Source of the DNA: Zygnema circumcarinatum SAG 698-1b
Taxonomy: Eukaryota > Plantae > Zygnematophyceae
Length of the DNA stretch: 64,000 bases
Assembly: GCA_037447605.1 (NCBI GenBank)
Contig: CM074811.1
Span: forward strand, 1,922,001-1,986,000
Direction of reading: 5' to 3'
Shown: positions 40,139 through 51,292 of the stretch, piece by piece
How the letters are laid out: each line of letters opens with the position of its first letter
How positions within the stretch are numbered: position 1 is the first letter of the stretch
Made by a program: the position numbers and the translations under genes
The notes under the pieces: model-generated
Told to the model about the DNA's origin: nothing
What the model saw: only the letters and a program-made list of their open reading frames with translations
The model's database searches: none

Positions 40139-43100
40139 CTACGCGTTGTTGGACCAGCTGGTGAACTTCCCCACAAGATCCTTCACAGGAGTCATCGGTT
40201 CGTCACCTTCAAATTTCTTTTTACCCTCCACATGATCATCCTCCTGCACACTGTTTCGCCTACTTTCTTTGGGCAACACCTCCAAAGGTGGAGGCCCGCC
40301 AGAAAACTTCCGCGCGGAAGCCCTTTTTTGTGAGGAGGGAGCAGCAGCTTCCTCCCCACTTTGTGCAGCTGCAGCACCTGCAGCCGCCACATTAGACTGT
40401 GCGGCTACTTCCTTTTTCTGCAGAGAATCGCCACCACTCAAACCCTCGGATTCACCGGCTACCACCACCCCATCCTCAGTCTTCACGGCTGCCATAAGAC
40501 CTGCTTGCTTTTGCTGGGGCAAGTCTGCACTATCCGATTCAGCCGCATTCCCCTTTTCTTCCGCTTTACCAACATCCCTTTTGTCCTCAGAATCATCTCC
40601 AGAAGCCCAAACCTCGGCCCATTGACTTTTCTCTCCCTTGTCATCACCCCAAGATGGCAACTGTTCTATCTCTTTTAGTTCTGCCACTTCCTCCTCCGTC
40701 TCCCCTACTTCCTTCTTCAGCTCCGCCGCTCGCTGGAGATCTGATTTCCATTGAGACGTGCCCAGCTTGTACTGCAGGGAGCAGGCCACAGCAGCAGCAG
40801 AAATTCAGCTTCAAAGCAAATGCTAAGGATGAAGCTGACCCAATCATCGTTCACCGCTTATGAAAGGAGACAGCAAAATGCAGAGTACGACTAAGTCGAA
40901 ACACCAAATAATGGTCTTGGATCTGACTACAACACTGACCTCAAAGTGGGCAGCTGATGAGAGAGCGGATGCCCAGTGGGAGAACATCTGAAGGCGGAAG
41001 TTTGCAACATTGTCCAAGAACTGTGATTCCTGAGCAACTTCTTCACTTCCAGCAGCTTCCCCATTGGCTGCTGCAGGAGGGTGGTGGTGATCTGGATTGG
41101 TGCAATGATGATGGCTCTTAGGCTGCTCCATATAGTCCCTTTCAATTTTTTCAAGTACCTGCAACCGAATCGAAGGACGAGTTTTTGAGTCCCTAAACCA
41201 GATCAGATTCCCCATTTCTCCAGGAAACGAAACTCATTGATTCCCGATCGCTTATGTTGAGAAATTTGCACATTGCCCACAGACCTCCTTTGCTGCAATA
41301 AACTTTTCACGAGCTCCATCGTAGTCCTTCTTCACTTTCACCGCAAGCTCGCGAGTGAGAGGGAGTCCTCCCTTCTTCAAGGAGAGAAGCTCTGCCCTCC
41401 TCTCCGTCGCTTGAGCCCTCCCTGCAAAGCAATGGGCTATTCCTGCAATTGCCTGGAGGAAAGAGGGAAAGAAATGAAGGCTTCTGTCAAATCGGGCAAT
41501 CTGCTCACGACAAAGAGAGCATGAATTTGGAAAGGCGGCTGTTATATTTGAGCATGTACAGGAAACACGCAAAGTGCTAGAAGGGGACTCACATCCACCA
41601 TGCCTGGCTGTAAATGTAACGCAGCCTCATACTTTTCCATTGCAATCTCCACGTGTTTCAATGACCAATCACAATCTGCAAGTTCTCGTGCCAAGTCATC
41701 ATCCTCATTTTCCCCCTCCTCTACCCCCCCTGCACCGTCTGCCAGCTCTCCTTTCACTTTCTCCACATTCCCATTAGCTGTTGTTTCTCCTTGAATCCTA
41801 TTCTCATCAGCTCCTTCTGCCTTCGCCTGTATGGACTCTGCCTCCACAGCCGCTTTGGGTTTCTTAGCCGATTTCTTTTGAGCAAGGGCACGATATGTGC
41901 TGGCCCAGTTAATCAGCACCATAGCAGACTGCAAAATCTCCAGCATTGAAGCATATGTGAGTGCACTCTCCAAAAACTATTCCTTCCAGTAGCCCCAGCA
42001 ACCTCTCTGACTGTGTCTGCCCTTAAAAAAGCTATCCAAAGGTGCCTATTTAACTTTGGGATGGCAAAGAATACAACGAGAAGGGAAGATGTAGACCCCT
42101 ATAGAGCACGTGAACAAAGACATAATCAAGCGAATACAAGACGCACCATACTCATGAACTTCGTCTCAGCCAGCTGCAGAAGTTGGGCTGCTTCTTCTGT
42201 TGAGACTGCCTCGTCGATTGCTTTGTTTATCTCCGTAAAATTATACTCGAACTGGTCGGCACGGGTGGGGTCAATGCCTGCACACCATGAAAGAAAGGCT
42301 GAGCTTCCTCACATTTTTTTTTTTTTGTATTCTCACTGGTCTTTGTTTAGTCAAACATCACATGCGAATCATCCATATAGCATCTTTACACGCTCTCACT
42401 TGTTACAGAACTTTGTGAATTCCTCCTCCTTTCATCATACTCACCGAGTCTCATGCGTACCATCTCGGCCAACTCCAAGAACCAATCCTCAAGCATTAAC
42501 TGCTGCTGCCCGCCAAGCTGCTCATCCTCTGCTTCTTCCACGTGTTCAGCTTTTCCTCCACTTTCAATAGGGGATACCTCCTTTGATGGTTCACTTGAAG
42601 AAATGCTTTTATCGCCATTTGCAGTCGGTGCCTCTGGGGTCGGGTTGACAGGTGCAGGTCCTACCTTAATCGTCTCCTTCTTTGCCTTAATCTTAAGCAG
42701 CAAATCCAATGCATCCTGATTGCTGGACTCCGCCTGCATAACAAGCGCATCAGAATGTCAGTAAAAGACCAGAAATCGCTTCTTCCATGTGCAGGAAACG
42801 AACAAATTGTGCAAAGCTCAGTAATGTTGAACTGGCAAGAAAACGAATCTACCCACACAGTGTTGACGTACAACAGCTCTACAAGAAAGCTAGAAAGCGA
42901 CATAGGAGAGAAATGCTCTACCTGCAAAACGAGTTTGAGGTCTTCCTCCGCCTCTCCTACCCTCCCCAGTGCTTCATATGCCCTCGCTCGGCGGAGGAGG
43001 GCTCGGGGATAACTCTCGCGCAGGGCCAAGGCGAGGTTGCACTCCTCCAGCACCCCCTCATAGTTCACAGGTCGTATCTGCAGCAGACAGGCTGCACGGT

Positions 43101-44123
43101 TGCTGCAACCAATTCCTCTCCCACCCAGAGAGGCCGACCTTTAGGAAGAGGCCCTACCACCTGGAATGGAATTCTCCTTCAAGTTGGGGGCCTTCACGAG
43201 AACAAGTAATTGCGAGAGAAAGCATGTAAGGAAGTCGAACGACGGGTATAGCTGAAGGATTCAGTGGAGTTAATGAGCTGTACCTGTATAAGACAGCGCG
43301 GTCTGCATGCCCCTCGGGTACAAATTTAAGGGCTACGTCATATATTTTAAGTGCCTCGGCAAAGTGGCGTTCGGTGAATTGCCGATTGCCCTCCTCCTTC
43401 AGCCTTTGTGCTCTTTGCAGCAGAGCCTACAACCCATCTTTCTCACCATATAGGAAATAGTGAGATGAGAGAGGAAGGCCGCCCTCAAAACAAGGGCAGT
43501 TGGGGGCTGCTTGTGAACTTGAGACAGTTATACAATTTCGGATTCGCAATGCCATTTGCTGGTAATTCTTTGTCGGTCACGGGCATTGCTCATTTGGTCC
43601 ATGAACTTCTTCTCTAAATCATGAAGTATTCTGATGCAACTTTTCCCATGACATAGGCTCTGTGCATAACTTGTTAAAGAAAGTGCTGCAAGACCAAAAG
43701 TTATTGCTCACGAGCTTTGAATAGAAAGTAAGCCCACAGATCGTGGCAACACCTCAATTTTCAACTGTGCTAACAACCTGCCCTGTCAAAGCTCGTTTAC
43801 GTTTCAGTTTGAGAGTTTGCAAAAAGCTTGGCAAACTGGTTAGTGCAGTTTCTGCCAATGTTGAAGCTGATTCTTACAGCCGGATCCAAGGTAGCCTTCG
43901 GTTTCCACGTAAAGTCACCAGCAGGTGCAACGGCAGGTCGAGAAGCAGCAGGCGGCGCTCCCCCCGAGGCTGAGAGTCCTACAGGTTTGGGTAGAGGCAC
44001 AGCGGCGGCCGAAGCAGCGGTCGCCGGACTGGCACTTGGAGCTGCTGGAGGGGGGTTAGGGCCACCTCCCTTCTTTGATGAAACTCCTTTGTTCTTCTTT
44101 TTGTTCCCTTTTGTCCCCGCCAT
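40139..44123 (-). CDS. PHOX: PHOX/CLMP1 (MadB)-like TPR protein, ~781 aa, no recognisable PB1 domain
   Basis: 9 exons: 44123-43878, 43426-43284, 43102-42922, 42733-42445, 42277-42147, 41928-41593, 41452-41285, 41158-40940, 40771-40139. TPRs (AQRLKEEGNRQF, YSNRAAC, EECNLAL, RALLRRARAYEALG) followed by family motifs EDWFLELA, KFMSMSAMVLINW and EKYEAAL. Confidence 0.85.
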
Positions 44124-46361
44124 CTGACAGTCAGCCAGCCATGCCAAGGAAATGACGTATCATTCAGAGGAGAAGCGTAACACTGTTAACGATATAGAAG
44201 GTTCTTCATTGCCCTAGAAAAGACTGGGGAAGTTCCGAAAACTTGCGGGGGCACGCTTTAGTAAGGTAGCCCTTCAACAGTTTCGAAGGTTGATGATAAG
44301 CTTTTCAAGTGATAGTGGTGCGGTTCTGCTGTGGGCTTTCAAGAGCATGGGAAAACACTTTGCTTAAAGGATGTCAGCAATAATATGTCTCAATGGTCAA
44401 TCAAGGGATTGATAAAAGTCTCCGGTCCAGATAGAAGTGCGTTGGGGGAAGAGAAAATCCATTAAACTAACTATTCTGGATGGACTACCACTTGCTCCAT
44501 AGAGAATTCTATAGGTTCCAAGACGTTGGGGAATCTCCTTTTAGTTATTAAAAGCACACGGGAATCCCTCTTTATTCGAACATCAGTAACACAAGCAAAC
44601 TGATTTTGTTCTCGAAGACAAGGGACAGAAAGCACCCATACTTTCGGTCAATTCAGCCCAGATAGTGCAAACAAATGGTGTGTTTTTGTTCCAATGAATG
44701 CTTATGGCTTTATTGAACGTAACTGGACTAGAATAGTGTAGAAGATAATCTCAAGTCTACTGGCTTCAAATCTTTGGTCTACCATGTACCACCATTAAAT
44801 GACTCTTCACATGAACTAGTGTAAAGCAGTCAAGAAAAAAAATTCACTCTCGCAGCTGCATATACACTGGCAGCAAAACATTTCCGGGAGAATGCGGCAA
44901 GCTCAGTGATCAGAGCTCAGCCGAGCACTTAGTCTCATTACCAGCGCTACAGCAATGCCAATGCTAACAAGTTGCAATTAGCTGCTATTTACAAGCTGCT
45001 GACATTCACCATAGCACCCGCAAGCCGTCGGACTACTGAAACATTCCTCTAATGATGAGTGTTGCATGCTGAGTTCAGCAGAACACCAAAAATGCACCTT
45101 TACAGAGCAGAGGCAAATTGATAGCGCTCACACACAGCCAAGCCTGAAGCGCCGATTGAGCAACTTCAGAGCTGCATAAAGGCTACAGTCGTACATTTCT
45201 TATACATTGAGCTGCTAGTGCAGCCCCTGCACAATTCCCATGCACTTCTATAGTCTGAGCGAGGAGACCTTAAGAGGTAGCGAGCCCAAGTAACATCAGC
45301 ATACGGCGCAGGGGAGTGGTAGAATCCCACAATTCACACCACAGCACCCCCCTCTCCCTCGCACATCACACACCTTCAAGTACGCAGCCGGTGCAAGCAA
45401 AGCCCCTTTGCCCCTCCTCCTCCCGCAAACCCTAGTCTCCTCCTCCGCCCTCCCACAACCTTCACAGTGTGCCCCTACCCCTCAGCAGGCCCTTTCTCAG
45501 CCCCCGCCGCACCTGCCTGCGCGCCCCTCCCTCCCTCTCTCCCTCCCTTCCTCCCTCCCTCTCTCCCCCAGCGCAGCAATGGCAGCTCCAGCTCCCTCCC
45601 TCTCTCCCTGGCTGCGTCACTCGCGGTCACGTTGACCCCCCCCCCATGGACCTCGCCCGCCCGCCTTCGTTCCCGTCCCCGGGCAGCGCAGCGCGCCGCG
45701 TGGCCTCTCTGAACCCCTCCCCGCGTGCGCCACGTGGCCGTGTGCCGCCTCGTGGCCTGTGGTCCTCGCGAAGCTTCAGCGCCCACGTGGCGCCGCGCGA
45801 TTTGACGGGACCGCGTGGCAGCATGCCCATGCCCATGCCATGGGCCATAAAAACAACAACTTTGACTTCGAAAAACAGGGCGGGGGGGCCCGCGCCTCGT
45901 CCGCTGTAAACATTTGAAATTTTGAAAATGTGAACGGCCTCCCTCGCTCGCTCGCCATGCCCCCCCCTGGAACGCAGTTAATTGGTTTAGCACTAGTCAT
46001 TGAACCGCCAAGCAGGCAGGGAGCAGGCATCCCGCTACTCGACTGGCTAAACAGTCTTGTTTGACTAACCAAGAGATGACTAGCCGAATTTCAGCACCCG
46101 AGGTCGTCAGCTTCAGCCGGGCGCGCGAACCAATCAGGAGCCACCGACCACTTGTCGGTTGGGAGCTGTACGGCTGCCGCGTCGGCGATAGGAGGTTTGT
46201 TTGTTGGTTTCCGTTAAAGCGCGGAGACCTCGCCGGCGTATCGGCTGGGACTCTCCGGCCGCCGACAACGGCCGGCGCTGGTACCGTACCGAAATCCCGC
46301 CGGCCGATTGGGCTGCCCTTAACACTTTTCCTTTGCCAGAGCCAGAGGCCCAGTTTCCATA

Positions 46362-46607
46362 GGGGTCAGACATTGACCATCGCCAAATCAATTTCGTAAG
46401 CCTGTCGGGCGAATGAAGCATTGGCTAGGTATATGGCTTTGTACGGCGGAGCCGCGGATCCCGACCCGGAATTCATACAGTACAAGAAACTTTTAGTATA
46501 GATAGTGTTATTTCCACCCCTTTTTTGGATCAAAAACGGAGAATAACGCCCCTTTAGTATGAGGAATTCAGGAATTTAGTACGCGATGGTCGATGTCTGA
46601 CTCCCCC
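46362..46607. mobile_element. Second, shorter copy of the G-terminal TIR MITE family, carrying a nested mini-element
   Basis: Left GGGGTCAGACATTGACCATCGCCAAATCAATTTCGTAAGCC matches the left end at 38037; right GCGATGGTCGATGTCTGACTCCCCC; TA on both flanks. Confidence 0.8.
46500..46552. mobile_element. 53-bp deletion derivative of the long-TIR 8-bp-TSD family
   Basis: (A)GATAGTGTTATTTCCACCCCTTTTTTGGATCAAA matches the TIR at 17298. Degenerate right end AATAACGCCCC. Exact 8-bp direct repeat TTTAGTAT at 46492-46499 and 46553-46560. Confidence 0.75.
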
Positions 46608-47187
46608 TAATCTGTCGGTCGTATCCGGTACGCCAGCGGTATGGCGATATATGTAAGCCTGTCCCAAACGACAAGCCTGCGGCTGGTCGCACAAGCCCTA
46701 GCCCGTACAGGTCGGGCACTCTTTCGGGTGGCCGGTGGTTTCTGATTGGCCGAAAAACGTTTGTTGACGCCTTCGCTGTGGCGTTAGGACTTTTCATCGT
46801 GTTGCTAACAGATTCCATGAAACCTGTCCCGTGACGATAGTTGCGGGACGCAACTGGCGAACTAGCTGCATGGAACGGCTCCATGGAACCTGTGAGCCGC
46901 CGGGGAAACCATGCGGGAAAAGGAACTGCTCCCCGAGCGACCAAGAGGGGGTCGGAGCGGCTGTAGGCGCCCCTTCTTGGAAGTGGAAGGAAATTACATG
47001 AGTCTGCGTGATTTGCAGAATTCCTTATTCGCTGCGAGGAATTCTGGGATCTACCCCTGATCTTCTTCTGCAGGTTGTTTTTTCTGAGTCCGTTGTAGGA
47101 ACAGATGTTTCGGTTTTTTATAAAGGAACATTAGTACAGTTAAAGAATGCATGAGCTCTGGTTCTGCTGAGGAACAGCCGACGCAGG

Positions 47188-50100
47188 ATGAACGAAGCGG
47201 AGCCTCTCCCAGTTCTTTTGAGTCGCCTCAAGACGTTTGTCAGCCATGCTGAGCGCATTCTTTCTGATGTTTCCGCCCGCCTTTCGCTTCCAAGCTCACT
47301 CCAAAGCAAGCCTGCTGCTTCTGCAACACAGCCTTCCAGCCCTTTCATGCGTTGCAGTATCAACCCTTCCCATCGCCTGCCTTTTTCTTCTTTACAACGC
47401 CATGAGCATGCCTGTGCTCTCCTTGCTCGAGGCATGGATCCTTGCTGCTCTTCTCCGGACCCTCCAACAAATAATTCCTTTTTTTATGAACAGGCTCCAA
47501 GTGTAGTTCTTTCTGTGGACGACCCTACAGCGGCTGGCGGTAGGGACATGTTAGCAGGTGTTCCCAGCTTTCTTATGGATTGTGCGGACGCAATTTTCTG
47601 GTCCTCCAAACACTCCCTCTTGCACAAGGGTGAAGCGCAGAGTACGAAACCTTCAATTCCGAGTGGGTTGAACTTATGGAGCGCACTTGAGGAAGTAGAG
47701 CTGTGGACCACTTTTCCAACACAATATTCCTTAGAAGCTGCAAAAGTAATATCTATAACAATTGAGCTAACTGAAACAGAACTTGCTCGGCTGGCGCATA
47801 GCCATGCTCTGCCACTGAGCGTGCTTTCCCCAGTCACAGTTCTGCTACGCCTCTTGATTGTGGCTGCTGCAAAAGAGGCTGCATCGACAGTGGCTTCAAT
47901 GGAGCGAAAAAAATGTGTGATAGAGATCGAAGGTAGTGAAAAGGAAAAAGAAGTTTTGGAAACAGAGGACGCTGTGAATAATGTTGACGAGTTAAGGGAG
48001 GAAGCAGTCTCGTGTCCTGTGTTGACGCAGGGAGCAGCATGGCTTTCAAACCAGCTGGTACCCACAGTAGGAGAAAAGCAGGCACCTAACCTATTATTAC
48101 ATATTGTCAAGAAAATCATTCAGTTTGCTGGTTTGCGGGGGTTGAGAGAACGGCCGAATATTGCCACTTGCAACAAATCGACCTCGACTGCTCCAATTTT
48201 GATTAGTGATTCTTCAAAGGAAGCCTGCCTTTTAAAGACTACTGCAGGACCATTGCCTCTGGAGCATCAGGTCCAGGACGAAATGGCCGCGCTTGAAGGA
48301 AAGACCGAGGAATTAAAGGCTGAGCCCTCAAAGGTGAAGGAACGTTTATTTGGAACCGAGGAGTTAATAGGGAGCAAAAAGACTGGTGTCCAAGTTCTGA
48401 AAGAATCTCTGGAGCAAATTAGACTATTCACGGCAACCAAAAGGACGAGCAGTATGGCGTGTGCTTCTCCAGCCAGCAGGTATATTTGATTGGTTATACT
48501 TGCAAAATTTTCGCAGCAAGCCCTGATGTTTTACAATTTCTTTGTCGGTGTCTTGAATTCTTACTTCAAATTTCAAGGCGTTAACATTGCGTGCACTAGG
48601 GCATTGCACTTTGCATTTTTATTCAAGGGTAATTGACACAACCCACTGATTCACAGAACTGATGATTGTCTGCTCTTTGGAGGAGCACAAGCGTCCGGCT
48701 GTATTTCAGATTCCTTTTCAGTTTTCAGCCTGCTCTGTTTATCCTTGAATTTATATAATCTGTTACCTGATTTAGTCTCCTTTTAATGTTTGCTGGACAG
48801 AGCTGCAGAACATGCTGCATTAGTGGCAGAAGCTGAGAGAATAAGGGCAAGTCGAGAATTCAAGGATGTCTCGACTCATAGCAGTTTGCCAACAGCTGGT
48901 GGTGTACAGGTGAGATTCATCCAGTAGTAGGTAGGATTGAGAGCAGGCGTTCGCTTGAACTTCGAAAGTACAATATTAAAATTCTCTTGTTTACTTTTTT
49001 CCCTCCCAGTTTGGTTTGGCATCGGCTCTCTCTATTCACCCAGAATACCACATGAGCAGTGAAAAAAAATGCTTCATCAAATGCTTTATTGAGAGCGTAT
49101 TTCTGAAAAGAGAACGTATGTTTCGGCCATTTTTTCAGCCCTGTTTTGAATTCTTTATGCTCTATCGTTGCAGGGGCCACGAGAGAAGTCAGCATTAGAG
49201 CTAGCTGCTGCGGAACGTGACTTTCGCAGGCGCTCAATTCGGTATCGGTCAACAGCAAACAAGAAAGACCCCAAGCAGGCAAGCATCCCGTCAACTGCAC
49301 TCAGGAGAGCCTGTCCGTGTCAGTCAGCGTCTGCGTGCTATGAGAGCTTTGTACCCTCCTGTCGATGTTAAGTTTTCGGCAATGGGCAAAGCAATGAAAA
49401 TTCAGGCCCGTGACGTTAAAAGTGTTAACACATGGCCATTTCTTAGGCAGCACTTCGCTCTGCATGAAATGTAGTTTCTGTTTTTCATAACCGAATACAG
49501 TTGGCTCGGGAATAAGCGGCTGAAGGGTGAATGGGAAAGTCTAAAATAGCGAACCTAGGGCCCTCAGATGAAGAACCTGTTATCCAGAGCAACAGACGTA
49601 GCTCAGGAGAGCCTCCGGAGGTCCGGCCATATGTCAGACCTTGATTAAATATTTTCTGACGCATTCTTACGTGAATGGATGGTAACTATGTGATGCAGGT
49701 GATGCGGAATTTGATTGAAAGCTATATGAAGGCACTGGTAGAGGTGGACCCGGAAATTCACGAGTCCGCTGATGGCGAATACGAGGATGGCTCTAAGAAG
49801 CAGCAGGTTGTGGGTCAAGGGGACAACAAAATGGATGCACTCAACAATTGGAAAGATAAGAATGTGCAAAGCTATGGACGCAGGGGGTTTGACGATAAAG
49901 GAAGGCGGCACAGTGGGTTGGGGGCTGTAAGGGGTATGCATTCTTCGAGTGAGGATGTTGGGAAGCATTTGGAACAGAGGGGGCGGAGGACCATGCATGA
50001 AAGTGGGAGGGGTGAGGACAGGGGTGACCGGAGCGGTCGTGAAAGTTTTGGCTATGAAAAAAAGCAAAGGAGAAATATGGAAGATAATAAAATATCTCAA

Positions 50101-50508
50101 TTGAGTGAAATCTCGCCAGACACGCGGAGTTTTCGAGGGGACCGCAAGGGAGAAAAGGATGAAAGCGACAAAGGTGTAAGTGAACGAGACATTCATCGCC
50201 CTGAAAGAGGTGACGATCATAGAAGAAAACGTAGTCATAGGAGAGTGGGCAGCAGTGAAAGAAGGCGCAGCGACACTCAGACCGAGGAATCAAAGGGCGA
50301 TGGGAGCTCCAGTTGGGACAGGCAGCGGGAGTTGAGGAAGGAGGGGCGAAGAAATGAAAAGGAAAAGAATCCCACGACTGATAGGTGGATGGGGACAAAT
50401 GAAGAGAGGGATATTGAAAGGGAATGGGGGTCAAAGGAGCAAGGGGACAGGCAGGCCGTCGGACATCAGGAGGGAAAACGACAGCGGAAGGAGAGGGAAA
50501 GGAACTAG
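47188..50508 (+). CDS. SNRNP48: U11/U12 snRNP 48 kDa protein (CHHC zinc finger), ~771 aa
   Basis: 4 exons: 47188-48479, 48801-48909, 49174-49278, 49699-50508. Zn finger CSINPSHRLPFSSLQRHEHAC; conserved AAERDFRRRSIRYR..KKDPKQ|VMRNLIESY; RD/RS-rich tail. Confidence 0.88.
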
Positions 50509-51292
50509 CGTTGAGCCAAGGCTGACGGAGGTCCGAGGGGGATGTAGACGAAAGAGCACAAGGGTTTGCATGGGGGATAGTTTAAGAGTTCATACATGTA
50601 AGCTGTGGATAAAAATTGTCGAGATATAGAAGCTTTCTATTCCAAGCCAAAGTCTTTTACAGACAAGGTCGCTGCCCAATGAGTTGCTTGCACTGCCCGT
50701 GCTAACCCTAAAATGTCACACAAAAGCACTGCTGTATTTACAAAGAAAGCGCATGAATGGCAATCTGTCTCCCTAACTATCCTACAAGGCCTGCCTGCTG
50801 ACCTCTGCTCACTTGCCAAACGCATTGGTGAGCCATGCCGCATTGCTTAGCAAAGCTCGCCCTCGAAACAAGGCTCATGCATGCATGTACATGATTCAAA
50901 CTGTCAATTCAAAAGTGCAGGACATCCACGAGTCCGAGAGTGCCGCTCTAAGCCAAGGGGTATCAATAACTGCTCCTGGTCTCCTTCTTCCTGTCGTGGG
51001 TAGGCAAAGCTCCGCGGGTCAATAATCGAATAATAAAGCTTCTGCAAAAAGACAAGCCAAGCAAAACGAAGTGAGAGGTGATCCAAACATTTGAAGACAT
51101 ACTTTCTCAGGCATGTGAAGAAAACAAACCAGCAACGCTGCTTGAAATCCCTACGTGCACAAACAAGCAGTAAAATGAAGTGTAGCAGCAATCTGTTACA
51201 ACATAGAAAACAAAGAAAACTTTCTTTGACCCTGCCTCTCCTTTTGTACAAACGTAGACCATCCATAACCAGGTAGCAGAGAGACGCACAAA

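Noticed and set aside
49645-50434. Two 197-aa antisense ORFs
   Set aside because: Shadows of the purine-rich last exon of SNRNP48. Similar shadows at 31041-31589 and 32319-32918 lie opposite the BRCT exon.
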